DNA from: Methylotenera sp. | GTDB lineage: Bacteria; Pseudomonadota; Gammaproteobacteria; Burkholderiales; Methylophilaceae | Assembly (NCBI GenBank): GCA_041675545.1 | Contig: JBAYTS010000010.1 | Span: 1,606 to 65,605 of the forward strand | Direction of reading: 5' to 3' | Length of the DNA: 64,000 nucleotides | Shown here: positions 36,819 through 46,142 of the stretch, piece after piece | Position numbering within the stretch: position 1 is the stretch's first letter | Layout: each line of letters starts with the position of its first letter | Notes under the pieces: generated by a model | What the model saw: the letters and a program-made list of their open reading frames with translations, nothing else | Database searches by the model: none | What the model was told of the DNA's origin: nothing | Program-made: the position numbers and the translations under genes

Positions 36819-38482
36819 GGCTCTAGTTCGATGCCATTAAAAGTGAATCTGGCCATTGATAACTGACGATTGATGTGGCCTGCTTGATCAAGTGTTAGTT
36901 CACCGGTTAGGCCATTGACGATCACTTCACTGTTATTAGCCTGTGTGCTGGCGGCAAGCAATTGTAGAGCATCGACGCCTAATGCAAACCAGCGTAATAG
37001 TTCATTTGAATTCAGATTGGCACTGGCATCCTTATAGGCTGTAAATGCACCATTGTTTGTCGGCAGCAAAAACGGAATATCGACAAAACGTAGCGCGTTG
37101 AGCGTGGTGCCTGAAGATGATGTGTCATTGACGTCGGAAAATGCCAACGTCGGTGTGCTGATGTTGAGGTGCGGTCTTATTGTGCGCACGTCAGTGGCTG
37201 ACATCGCCAGTACTACCATGTCGTGGCTTGTCACCGCCACTTGTGCTTTAAGGTCGAATAGGTTGAGTTCTTCTGCGGTTACGCCATCAGGTAATGTAAT
37301 GGCACTTATTTGATCATTTTGATCGCTAGTGCCTAACTCAGCCTGCCAAGCCGCGCGAAAACTGCTGGTCATTGCTTGCGCTGCTTCGCTGTCAGTGTTA
37401 ATAATCAAAAGGTGCTGCATGGCATGGCTAGTCGCAAATTTTGCCATTTGCGTGGCTTCATCTTTAAGCGGTAAGCCAATGCTTAGCATGTGATGAGAAT
37501 CTAAATAGCTTGCCATGTCGGCGGGGGTGTCATCATCGGATAGCTGGAGGGCAATAAAGTAAGTAGCACCTTCGCTTCTTGCCTGAGCATGCTGTTCGAT
37601 GATGGCTTCTAAGCTGTTGGCGCTGATGTAGGTTTTAATTTCATTGTTTAGGCCATGTTTAGTCAATGCGGCTTGTAACCCTTGCTGAAAAGCTTCGGCT
37701 TGCGTGATGTTAGCTTCATCTGTAATAGGTAAAATTAAGGCAATGCCGCCTTGTGTAACAGGGCTTATTTTGGAGGCGCTTGCGTTTGATTGAAGTGCGA
37801 GGTTTTTTGCCAAGGCTCTGGCGTTGTGGTCAGGATAATAAGTCAGCCAGTTTGCAATGCTGCTTGCCACATCTTGATTTTTGGCGGCTAGGCTCAAGTC
37901 TATCCAGCCTTGAAACTCATTATCGGTATTGTCTCCACGCATGGTGATCAGTTGGTTTTGTGATTGATTGCTTAATAAAGCCCAAATTTCCTGATGCGTG
38001 TTTTCAATGTGGCTTGCTTTAGCTTCCTGTTCCGCACTGATCACAGCTGCTTCTGCTTGCATTAAATGCCACAGTGCCTGTTGTGTATCTCCAAGGCTTG
38101 CGAAAGCCTTAGCCAGGTGCTGATGTAAGCTGATTTTGGCGTCGATAATGAGGAGATTTTCAGATTGCAGTGGCAGTAATAAAAGTAATGACTCATCAAC
38201 GCGGCTCTCGCTCCAGGCGATGCTGCCTTTAAGCAGTTTTGCATAAGGCGATAAGCTTGAAATGTTGGCCAAAGCCAATGTCGCACACGCTATTTTTTTT
38301 TGCTGCAGGCAACGGGTACCCTCTAAAAAGTAATTTTCAGCGGATTTTTTAACTGGAGGTTTTACTGCTGCAGGCTGAGCGCCATTTGCCTCAGCGGCAA
38401 AAGCGGGTAAATATAAACTGCCAAAAAGCAGGCATGTTGCTAAAATGGCGTTAACTAATTTTTTGGTCATCAAATTTTGCAT
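36815..38482 (-). CDS. LpoA/LppC-like penicillin-binding protein activator (start 38482 or 38470)
   Basis: TPR-like N-domain, GWIDL...W...YPDH.A, LILP, RWFALGVDA, NGLTGELTL; rsmI-lpoA-yraN synteny. Confidence 0.8.
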   Translation of the reverse strand: MQNLMTKKLVNAILATCLLFGSLYLPAFAAEANGAQPAAVKPPVKKSAENYFLEGTRCLQQKKIACATLALANISSLSPYAKLLKGSIAWSESRVDESLLLLLPLQSENLLIIDAKISLHQHLAKAFASLGDTQQALWHLMQAEAAVISAEQEAKASHIENTHQEIWALLSNQSQNQLITMRGDNTDNEFQGWIDLSLAAKNQDVASSIANWLTYYPDHNARALAKNLALQSNASASKISPVTQGGIALILPITDEANITQAEAFQQGLQAALTKHGLNNEIKTYISANSLEAIIEQHAQARSEGATYFIALQLSDDDTPADMASYLDSHHMLSIGLPLKDEATQMAKFATSHAMQHLLIINTDSEAAQAMTSSFRAAWQAELGTSDQNDQISAITLPDGVTAEELNLFDLKAQVAVTSHDMVVLAMSATDVRTIRPHLNISTPTLAFSDVNDTSSSGTTLNALRFVDIPFLLPTNNGAFTAYKDASANLNSNELLRWFALGVDALQLLAASTQANNSEVIVNGLTGELTLDQAGHINRQLSMARFTFNGIELEP

Positions 38483-39328
38483 CCTATAGGCATATTATAT
38501 GTTGTTGCCACGCCAATTGGAAATCTACAAGATATTACCTTGCGTGCGTTGGAAGTTCTTAAAACCGTAGATGCTATCGCGGCGGAAGATACGCGCCATA
38601 CCTCTGGCTTGTTGTCACACTTTGGCATCGCTAAAAAACTCATTGCAGTACATGAGCATAATGAGCATCAATCGGCTGAGAAATTATTGTCGCAATTAAA
38701 TGCGGGGCAAAGCATTGCGCTAGTGACCGATGCAGGCACCCCAGGTATTAGCGACCCGGGTGCGGTGGTGGTTGCTTTGGTGCGTAAGGCTGGCGTTAAA
38801 GTAGTGCCAATTCCAGGCGCCAGTGCAGTAATTGCAGCGTTGTCAGCCTCTGGCATTGCGCAAAATGGCTTTCTGTTTCATGGGTTTTTACCCGCCAGTG
38901 GTGCGGCGCGGCGCAAAGCACTTGAGGCGCTAAAGTCACAAACGGTGACGCTGGTTTTTTATGAAGCGCCGCATCGCATTATCGAGAGTATCGTGGATAT
39001 GTCGGCTGTGTTGGGTGCAGAGCGCCGCATTACCTTTGCACGTGAGCTCACTAAAACCTTTGAAACGATTTATAGCTGCAGTTTGGGCGAGGCTGAGGCG
39101 TGGCTACAAGCAGATGCCAACCAGCAGCGTGGCGAGTTTGTGCTGTTGGTAGAAGCGGCCGTTGTTAAAGAGGCTGAAGAGATTTCTGAAGATACCGTAA
39201 GGGTTTTGAAATTGTTGCTTGCTGACTTGCCGCTAAAGCAGGCGGTGAAGCTAGCGACTGAAATCACCCATGAAAAGAAAAATGTTTTGTATGAGTTTGC
39301 ACTACAGTTAAAACAACAACCTGAATAA
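38477..39328 (+). CDS. rsmI: 16S rRNA (cytidine1402-2'-O)-methyltransferase RsmI
   Basis: [49 protein letters not shown]. Confidence 0.96.
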   Translation: MHPIGILYVVATPIGNLQDITLRALEVLKTVDAIAAEDTRHTSGLLSHFGIAKKLIAVHEHNEHQSAEKLLSQLNAGQSIALVTDAGTPGISDPGAVVVALVRKAGVKVVPIPGASAVIAALSASGIAQNGFLFHGFLPASGAARRKALEALKSQTVTLVFYEAPHRIIESIVDMSAVLGAERRITFARELTKTFETIYSCSLGEAEAWLQADANQQRGEFVLLVEAAVVKEAEEISEDTVRVLKLLLADLPLKQAVKLATEITHEKKNVLYEFALQLKQQPE

Positions 39329-39345
39329 CTATAAGCGATTCGACC

Positions 39346-40386
39346 ATGAATAAAATAGACTCTCTTACCATTACGCGCCCGGATGACTGGCATTTGCATT
39401 TAAGAGATGGTGCTGCACTTAGAGCAGTACTGCCAGATACCGCTAGGCAGTTCGCACGCGCCATTGTCATGCCTAACTTGCGCCCACCTGTGACAACAAC
39501 AGAATTGGCCATTGCCTACCGTGAGCGCATTATTGAAGCACTGCCAGCGGGTGTGCCGTTTGAGCCGCTCATGACTTTGTACCTCACCGACAATACAAGT
39601 GCTGAGGAAATAGCAAAAGCGAAAGCGAGCGGTCTTATCCATGGCGTTAAGCTTTACCCTGCGGGCGCAACCACCAATAGCGATTCTGGCGTGACCAATC
39701 TGGGGCATTGTGTTGATGCTTTGGCGGCGATGGAAAAATTGGGTGTGCCTTTGTTGGTGCATGCCGAGGTGACGGATAGTGATGTAGATGTGTTTGACCG
39801 TGAACGTGTGTTTATTGAGCGCAACATGGTCCCGTTATTGAAAAAATTTCCAGCGTTAAAAATCGTGTTTGAGCATATCACCACGAAAGATGCGGCTGAT
39901 TTTGTGATGCAATCTCCAAACAATGTTGCGGCTACGATTACTGTGCACCATTTGCTAATGAACCGAAATGACATGTTCAAAGGCGGTATTCAACCGCATC
40001 ACTACTGCCTGCCTATCTTAAAACGTGAAGAGCATCGCTTGGCTTTGGTTAAGGCGGCGGTATCTGGTAACCCTAAATTCTTTTTGGGTACTGATAGCGC
40101 GCCGCATGCTAAACATACCAAAGAGGCGGCTTGCGGCTGCGCGGGAATGTATACAGCGCGTACGGCTATGGAGCTGTATGCAGAAGTGTTTGCGGCGGCT
40201 AACGCGCTGGATAAGTTGGAAGGTTTTGCCAGTTTTTACGGGGCGGATTTTTATGGTTTACCGCGGAATAAAGAGCGAATCACGCTGGTTAAAGAAAGCT
40301 GGAAAGTGCCGGGGAGTTTGCCTTATGACGGTGATGTGTTAGTGCCGTTGAGGGCGGAGCAGATGGTGGAGTGGAAGCTAATCTAA
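39346..40386 (+). CDS. pyrC: Dihydroorotase (type II)
   Basis: [37 protein letters not shown]. Confidence 0.97.
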   Translation: MNKIDSLTITRPDDWHLHLRDGAALRAVLPDTARQFARAIVMPNLRPPVTTTELAIAYRERIIEALPAGVPFEPLMTLYLTDNTSAEEIAKAKASGLIHGVKLYPAGATTNSDSGVTNLGHCVDALAAMEKLGVPLLVHAEVTDSDVDVFDRERVFIERNMVPLLKKFPALKIVFEHITTKDAADFVMQSPNNVAATITVHHLLMNRNDMFKGGIQPHHYCLPILKREEHRLALVKAAVSGNPKFFLGTDSAPHAKHTKEAACGCAGMYTARTAMELYAEVFAAANALDKLEGFASFYGADFYGLPRNKERITLVKESWKVPGSLPYDGDVLVPLRAEQMVEWKLI

Positions 40387-40410
40387 ATTTGTATACGTTT
40401 CTATCTGCAT

Positions 40411-41310
40411 ATGCCTCGCTCTCCAAATCGCTGTCATGATCGAACAAGTTTTTTTAAGTATACGTCGGCTTCAACTGCAAAATTGGTGGTTGAAAACAGC
40501 ACGTTAAGGTGGAGTTCTCCGGTTCTTTTTAATGATCCTTTTGATGTGCCAAGAGAACTCTTGTTTGGAATAACTTCTACTGAGGTGTTTGCTGCTACGG
40601 GAAGGAGATTCAAATCATTGATAGAGCAACCTCCGGAGGATACTTCCAACTTAGAGCCTAAGCTTAGGCTCATTATTGATACGGTTAAAAATGGCATATC
40701 CGAAAAGTTGAGAGCGGAGTTGATTGCTGGCATTATGGAGATGCCAGATACATATCAGCCGACCGATATTAACTTGGATGAATTTCGTAATTTATGGCGT
40801 AGTTGGATTCCTGAGTTCAGAATACTCTGCCTCACAGAAAGCCCGGCACATTCCGCGATGTGGTTTCACTATGCAGACCAGTACAAGGGTGTTGTGTTGG
40901 AATTTGATTGTAGCGACGAGCTAGATAGCGCATGGCTTGCCGCTCAGCCAGTTAGCTATCTTGAGGCTAAACCAGAGGTGTATGACGCTTATGGATGGGC
41001 TAAATTAATTATGATGCCCAGAGAACTCGCTATTAAGACAATCTTAAATGTTTCAACATATACAAAGTCACCAGATTGGAGCTATGAGAATGAATGGCGA
41101 ATTACTAGTTTTAAGCGCCCAAGTGACGATGGGCTGTTTACTGATTATAAATTCAACTCAAAAGAATTGTTGAGTATCTATCTAGGGCCACTAATTTCGC
41201 AAACTGATAAAGCTTCATTATTAGTTGCTTGTGCTAAGTATCCCAATATTAAAATATTTGAGGTTACCATCGGGATGAGCAGAGCTTTTGTTTTTGAACA
41301 AATTATGTGA
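40411..41310 (+). CDS. DUF2971 domain protein (accessory)
   Basis: FKY.S, SSP..FNDPFD, CLTE......MW.HYAD.YKGVVLEFD, V.Y, TKS.DWSYENEWR, IYLG; appears more AT-rich than its flanks. Confidence 0.8.
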   Translation: MPRSPNRCHDRTSFFKYTSASTAKLVVENSTLRWSSPVLFNDPFDVPRELLFGITSTEVFAATGRRFKSLIEQPPEDTSNLEPKLRLIIDTVKNGISEKLRAELIAGIMEMPDTYQPTDINLDEFRNLWRSWIPEFRILCLTESPAHSAMWFHYADQYKGVVLEFDCSDELDSAWLAAQPVSYLEAKPEVYDAYGWAKLIMMPRELAIKTILNVSTYTKSPDWSYENEWRITSFKRPSDDGLFTDYKFNSKELLSIYLGPLISQTDKASLLVACAKYPNIKIFEVTIGMSRAFVFEQIM

Positions 41311-41352
41311 GTTATGCACAATAGCCTGAAGGCATTGTTTTGTATGTAAATG

Positions 41353-41549
41353 GTCGCTTTCGCGCGACTGGCGAGTTTCTTTCTTTTGCTTAGCCAAAAG
41401 AAAGAAACCAAAGAAAAGGCTACCCCCTACCGCTTGTTTCCTGATAGTTACAATCTTTTGGAACGGCAAGCGGAAACTCGCTAGCGCTCAAACAGCCGCT
41501 TACCGACATCCTTCCAAAAAATTGTAACTATCAGGTGCGGTAGCAGGGG
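41353..41549. repeat. Composite palindromic intergenic element (three stem-loops; MITE/REP-like)
   Basis: GTCGC/GCGAC hairpin; perfect 13-bp TTTCTTTCTTTTG/CAAAAGAAAGAAA stem; 24-bp inverted repeat 41440-41463 / 41512-41535 with one mismatch around the loop AAACTCGCTAGCGCTCAAACAG. Confidence 0.7.
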
Positions 41550-41575
41550 ATTTAAAGTCAAAACCCCTTACGTTC

Positions 41576-41603
41576 CGTCATTCCGACGAAAGTCGGAATG
41601 ACG
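41576..41603. repeat. CGTC-tagged REP-like perfect hairpin
   Basis: CGTCATTCCGAC-GAAA-GTCGGAATGACG, a 12-bp stem with a GNRA loop. Confidence 0.7.
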
Positions 41604-41647
41604 TAAATGAGGCTCTTGCTGAGTGGTTGGCGTGATAAAATATGCTT

Positions 41648-41947
41648 GAAGCTGGCTAGACAGTCGCCGCTCACGTAAGTGAGGGGAGGAAAGTCCGGGC
41701 TGCAAAGAGCGGGATGACGGTTAACGGCCGTCCGCCGTGAGGCGAGGAATAGGGCCACAGAGACGAGCGTATTAAGTTACGGTGAAACGCGGTAACCTCC
41801 ATTCGCAGCAAGACCAAATAGGCTGGCATTGGCGTGGCTCGCGTCGCCAGCGGGTAGGTTGCTTGAGCGCATGAGTAATTGTGCGCCTAGATGAATGACT
41901 GTTACGTGCAGTAATGCACGACAGAACCCGGCTTATCGGCCAGCTTC
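41648..41947 (+). ncRNA. rnpB: RNase P RNA (bacterial type A, compact, about 300 nt)
   Basis: GAGGAAAGTCCGGGC (CR I), ACAGAGA, TGAAA, GCAAG..CAAATAGG, GGGTAGGTTGCTTGAG, AGATGAATGACTG, ACAGAACCCGGCTTA (CR V); P1 GAAGCTGGC/GCCAGCTTC. Confidence 0.97.
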
Positions 41948-41984
41948 GTTTTTACTTAAAATATTCTGTTTCGGCAGACATGTT

Positions 41985-42016
41985 CTGTGCGAATGTCCGC
42001 ACGGGTGCATTTTTTA
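41985..42016 (+). terminator. Possible terminator downstream of rnpB
   Basis: CTGTGCG-AATGTC-CGCACGG followed by GTGCATTTTTT. Confidence 0.4.
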
Positions 42017-42315
42017 TTTGTCAGTTTCACGTGTGAGCCGGTATTTGGCTTCTCCAATTTACTATGCCGCTAAAACGGCAAATAACGTGACATGCCGCAT
42101 ATATTTCACACATCGAATTTACGCAATTATTTCTTTTAGATTAGCCCTGATTCTCTCCGGCAATCCACCTGTAATTACAATTCAAACGCTTTCAGTGTTG
42201 TCCTCATAATCTACATTCATATAGTTTTGTATGTGCTTAATTTATAACGATATTATTTTTAGCATGAAAATGCGCTAAGTCATTGACCTATAAAGAAAAA
42301 ATAGCAAAAAAGCGC

Positions 42316-42377
42316 TTGCATTGCGCTATTTTTTTATCTATAGTGCAGATTAGTGGGAAAAAGTGGGGTTTTGTGGG
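42316..42377 (+). promoter_or_regulatory. dcw promoter with three MraZ-binding repeats
   Basis: TTGCAT (42316-42321), 17 nt, TATAGT (42339-42344), then GTGGG at 42353, 42363 and 42373 (exact 10-bp period), matching the known MraZ operator layout. Confidence 0.85.
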
Positions 42378-42566
42378 GAATTGCTCATTTTTGTAATGTT
42401 GGGGATGTAATCTCTAAGTGCATTTTTGCTGCAGTTTAATAACTACTAAGGGTTTGTTAAAAGCGTTAGGCAGTTCCCCCTGTTTTTTAAAGATGGTTTT
42501 TAAAGATGGTTAATTAAGATTCGTGTTGTTTGACGGTGTGGGTCTTTAAAGGTAAATAACGAACAT

Positions 42567-43013
42567 ATGTTTCGCGGTGCTACACATTTAAGTTTGGATG
42601 CTAAAAGCAGGCTCGCTGTGCCAACTAAGCACAGGGAGGCATTGCAGCTTGAGTGCGCCGGTAACTTGGTGTTGACAGCGCATCCGCACCGTTGTTTGCT
42701 GTTGTATCCACAACCGGCGTGGGAGCCAATTCAAGCCAAGATGATGGCGCTATCCTCGTTTGATAAGCAATCCAGTGCGTTGCAACGTTTGTTGGTGGGT
42801 TTTGCTGAAGACATTTCACTTGATAGTGCTGGTCGTATGCTGGTGTCACCTGTGTTGCGTGATTTTGCCGGGTTAGACAAAGAAGTGATGTTAGTGGGTC
42901 AGGGTAGTCATTTTGAATTATGGAATATGGAGGCTTGGCGCGCCCAACTGGAACAAGTGATGCAGGACGAAAGTTTTACCATGCCTGCAGAATTAGAGGG
43001 CTTCTCGCTGTGA
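42567..43013 (+). CDS. mraZ: Division/cell-wall cluster transcriptional repressor MraZ
   Basis: [46 protein letters not shown]. Confidence 0.97.
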   Translation: MFRGATHLSLDAKSRLAVPTKHREALQLECAGNLVLTAHPHRCLLLYPQPAWEPIQAKMMALSSFDKQSSALQRLLVGFAEDISLDSAGRMLVSPVLRDFAGLDKEVMLVGQGSHFELWNMEAWRAQLEQVMQDESFTMPAELEGFSL

Positions 43014-44104
43014 CTAAGGGCGTGAACAGCGCGCCCACCAAAGCATCATTGTCTTCAAAAAAAGCGCCTCGACAAACACCGGCTTTGAGTGGCGCTGATA
43101 AGTTAGAAAAGTACCCACTAGAAGTGTCAGTATTAAATCCAAATCAGAATCAAAATATAGATGAAGCTTCATCAGCTAATGCGCATATTACTGTGCTATT
43201 GGATGAGGCTGTGCAAGCGCTGGCTATTAAGCCCGATGGTGTCTATGTGGACGGCACGTTTGGCCGTGGCGGGCATTCAAGAAAAATTCTGGCGCAACTG
43301 GGTGATGGTGGGCGCTTGATTGCGTTTGATCGCGATTTACATGCGATTGCGTCTGGCAAGTCTGTCAATGATCCGCGCTTTAGTATCGTACATAGTCACT
43401 TTGCGGCGATGCAGGCAAAGCTGGCTGAGATAGGTATTAAAAAGGTAGATGGCATTTTGCTGGACTTGGGTATTTCATCTCCGCAGATTGATGAGGCCGA
43501 ACGTGGTTTCAGTTTTAGATACGATGCGCCGCTGGATATGCGTATGGATCAGAGTAGTGGCAAAACAGCGGCGGAATTTATCGCCAATACAACAGAGCAA
43601 CAATTAGCGGAGGTTATAAAAAATTATGGTGAAGAACGGTTTGCTAAGTCGATTGCAAGGGCGATTATTGCGGAGCGCAATGACGGGCGCGCCATCACCA
43701 CTACAGGGCAACTTGCCCAGATCGTGGCAGGCGCAGTCACGCGGTTTGAGCCAGGGCAGAATCCCGCAACGCGTACATTTCAAGCTTTACGGATTTTCGT
43801 CAATCAGGAGCTTGAGGAGTTATCGCTAACCCTGCCACAGTGCCTGGCTTTATTGGCGCCACAAGGGCGGCTGGCTGTGATCAGCTTTCATTCGCTTGAA
43901 GATCGCATCGTAAAGCAGTTTATTCGTGATCAGGAAAATCGTGATGATTTGCCTGCTAACTTTCCGGTACGTGCCGCAGATTTGCCGCAACCTAAATTGA
44001 AAAGTATCGGTAAGACGATTAAACCAAGTGCAAAAGAAGTGAAGGCTAACCCTCGCTCACGCAGCGCGGTATTGCGTGTGGCAGAACGGACGTTAGTCGC
44101 ATGA
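43010..44104 (+). CDS. rsmH: 16S rRNA m4C1402 methyltransferase RsmH (start uncertain: GTG 43010 or 43124)
   Basis: [30 protein letters not shown]...[27 protein letters not shown]. Confidence 0.96.
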   Translation: MTKGVNSAPTKASLSSKKAPRQTPALSGADKLEKYPLEVSVLNPNQNQNIDEASSANAHITVLLDEAVQALAIKPDGVYVDGTFGRGGHSRKILAQLGDGGRLIAFDRDLHAIASGKSVNDPRFSIVHSHFAAMQAKLAEIGIKKVDGILLDLGISSPQIDEAERGFSFRYDAPLDMRMDQSSGKTAAEFIANTTEQQLAEVIKNYGEERFAKSIARAIIAERNDGRAITTTGQLAQIVAGAVTRFEPGQNPATRTFQALRIFVNQELEELSLTLPQCLALLAPQGRLAVISFHSLEDRIVKQFIRDQENRDDLPANFPVRAADLPQPKLKSIGKTIKPSAKEVKANPRSRSAVLRVAERTLVA

Positions 44105-44418
44105 CGCGCCTTAACCTCATTTTATTTTTCGCACTGATGTTCTCGGCATTGGGTTTGGTGAGCGCACAGCACAAGGCACGCAAGCTTTATATTGAACTTG
44201 AGCATTTAAGCGAAGCGGAAAAGCAATTTAAGCAAGAGTATGGGCAATTGCAACTTGAGCAAAGCACATGGGCGATGCATTCACGTATCGAGCAAGTAGC
44301 TGCGCAGCAATTGTTAATGCAGGTGCCAGACGCAAAGCGTATTCAGGTGGTGACCGCTACGGAGGTTGCTATGCCGCTTAACGTACCAAATAAAACCTCA
44401 AGTGAGGTGGCGCAATAA
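44101..44418 (+). CDS. ftsL: Cell division protein FtsL
   Basis: TM plus coiled coil, QHKARKL...[15 protein letters not shown]; position in the dcw cluster. Confidence 0.92.
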   Translation: MTRLNLILFFALMFSALGLVSAQHKARKLYIELEHLSEAEKQFKQEYGQLQLEQSTWAMHSRIEQVAAQQLLMQVPDAKRIQVVTATEVAMPLNVPNKTSSEVAQ

Positions 44419-46142
44419 TGGCGATGCCTACGCCAATGATCGTTGTGAAATTACCCGCATGGCGTCGTCGCCTTTTGTTGGTGTTGGTGTTGTTGGGCTT
44501 TGCTGCTTTGTTGGGGCGTAGTGTTTATTTGCAAAGTTTTCATAAGCGCTTTTTGCAAGAAAAAGGCGATGCACGTTATAACCGTACACTGGCTTTACCG
44601 TCACAACGTGGAAAAATTACCGATAGGTACGGTGAGTTGTTGGCGATTAGTTCACCGGTTGAATCGGTGTGGGCCAATCCGTCTGACGTAAAAATCAATG
44701 CGAACCAAACTAAAAAGATTGCTGATTTGTTAGGTTTGAAAGTGACAGTGGTCGATAAAAAGCTTGCAAACAGTGAGCGCGAGTTTGTGTATTTAAAGCG
44801 TCGGGTTTCACCTGCATTGGGGGCTGAAGTCATGCGACTTGAAATCCCTGGCGTGTATTTGCAGCGTGAATATAAGCGATATTATCCAGCGGGTGATGTC
44901 ACTGCGCACTTGGTTGGTTTTACAGGAATTGATGATAAAGGCCAAGAAGGCTTTGAGCTGACGATGAACGATACGCTTTCAGGTAAAAGTGGCAGTCGCC
45001 GTGTGATTAAAGATAGGGCGGGTCATATTATTGAGGATTTGGAAGCCGTTAAAGTGCCGCAAGATGGTCATGATGTCACGCTGTCCATTGATAGAAGAAT
45101 TCAATATTTAGCGTATCGGGAATTATCGAAAGCTGTTGAAAAATTTAAAGCCGCTGCAGGTGCGGCGGTTGTGTTAGATGCTAAAACGGGCGAAGTGCTG
45201 GCGATGGTAAACGTGCCAACCTACAACCCGAATAACCCGGTAAATATTGCTGGTAAAACGCGTAACCGTGCTATTACAGATACGTTTGAGCCAGGCTCAA
45301 CCATGAAAACGGTAACAGCGGCGGCGGCTTTGGAGTCCGGTAAATACCAGCCTGATACGCAAATTCAGACAGCACCTGGTTACATGACTATTGGTTCTGC
45401 AACGATTCATGATGCACATCCGCATGGCGTGTTAACAGTGTCTGAGGTGATACAGAAGTCATCCAACGTGGGTGCTGTCAAAATGGCGTTATCCCTAGAG
45501 CCTCAGTATTTGTGGAATATCTATAATCAAATAGGCTTTGGTGCAAAAACACGTATTGGCTTCCCTGGCGAGGCAACCGGGCGGGTGCGCGATTACAAAA
45601 CATGGCGCCCTATTGAGCAGGCAACGATGTCTTATGGTCACGGTATTAGTGTCACATTGTTGCAGTTGGCGCGGGCTTATACCGTTTTTGCTAATGATGG
45701 TGAAATAAAGCCGGTATCACTGCTTAAGTTAAAAGATGTTCCAGTAGGTGCGCAGGTGTTTTCTGCTAAAACTGCGCATGAAGTCAAAGATATGCTGGAG
45801 TTGGTTGTGTTGCCTGGTGGTACTGCGTTGAAGGCGCAAGTGCTGGGATACCGTGTGGCGGGTAAAACAGGGACTACGCATAAGTTGGGTGATCACGGTT
45901 ACGAGAAAAATAAATATGTAGGTTCATTTGTCGGCATGGCGCCCGCGTCTAACCCGCGCTTGATTATGGCGGTGATGATAGACGACCCAAGTAGCGGTGA
46001 GTATTACGGTGGTACGGTCGCGGCGCCAGTATTTAGCACCGTGATGGCAGATGCTTTGCGTATGCTGGCTGTGCCACAAGATGCACCTAATAATAACGTG
46101 GTGATTTCTAGTGATGTTGAAGACGTGAAGGAGAGTATATGA
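44418..46142 (+). CDS. ftsI: Peptidoglycan transpeptidase FtsI (PBP3)
   Basis: RG.I.DR.G, EPGSTMK (SxxK), KSSN (SxN), GKTGT (KTG). Confidence 0.97.
   Translation: MAMPTPMIVVKLPAWRRRLLLVLVLLGFAALLGRSVYLQSFHKRFLQEKGDARYNRTLALPSQRGKITDRYGELLAISSPVESVWANPSDVKINANQTKKIADLLGLKVTVVDKKLANSEREFVYLKRRVSPALGAEVMRLEIPGVYLQREYKRYYPAGDVTAHLVGFTGIDDKGQEGFELTMNDTLSGKSGSRRVIKDRAGHIIEDLEAVKVPQDGHDVTLSIDRRIQYLAYRELSKAVEKFKAAAGAAVVLDAKTGEVLAMVNVPTYNPNNPVNIAGKTRNRAITDTFEPGSTMKTVTAAAALESGKYQPDTQIQTAPGYMTIGSATIHDAHPHGVLTVSEVIQKSSNVGAVKMALSLEPQYLWNIYNQIGFGAKTRIGFPGEATGRVRDYKTWRPIEQATMSYGHGISVTLLQLARAYTVFANDGEIKPVSLLKLKDVPVGAQVFSAKTAHEVKDMLELVVLPGGTALKAQVLGYRVAGKTGTTHKLGDHGYEKNKYVGSFVGMAPASNPRLIMAVMIDDPSSGEYYGGTVAAPVFSTVMADALRMLAVPQDAPNNNVVISSDVEDVKESI

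Noticed and set aside
41311-41549. Integron attC site making DUF2971 a gene cassette
   Set aside because: There is no RYYYAAC just after the stop, no matching GTTRRRY at the far end of the hairpin, and no integron integrase in the window.
41221-42209. ORFs 41221-41469, 41178-41411, 41558-41758 and 41895-42209 as protein genes
   Set aside because: They overlap the palindromic element, the REP hairpin or rnpB and have no recognisable motifs; they are best explained as chance ORFs.
42277-42290. IHF site TAAGTCATTGA upstream of the dcw promoter
   Set aside because: It is only a partial match (TTGACC rather than TTGATW), which is insufficient support.
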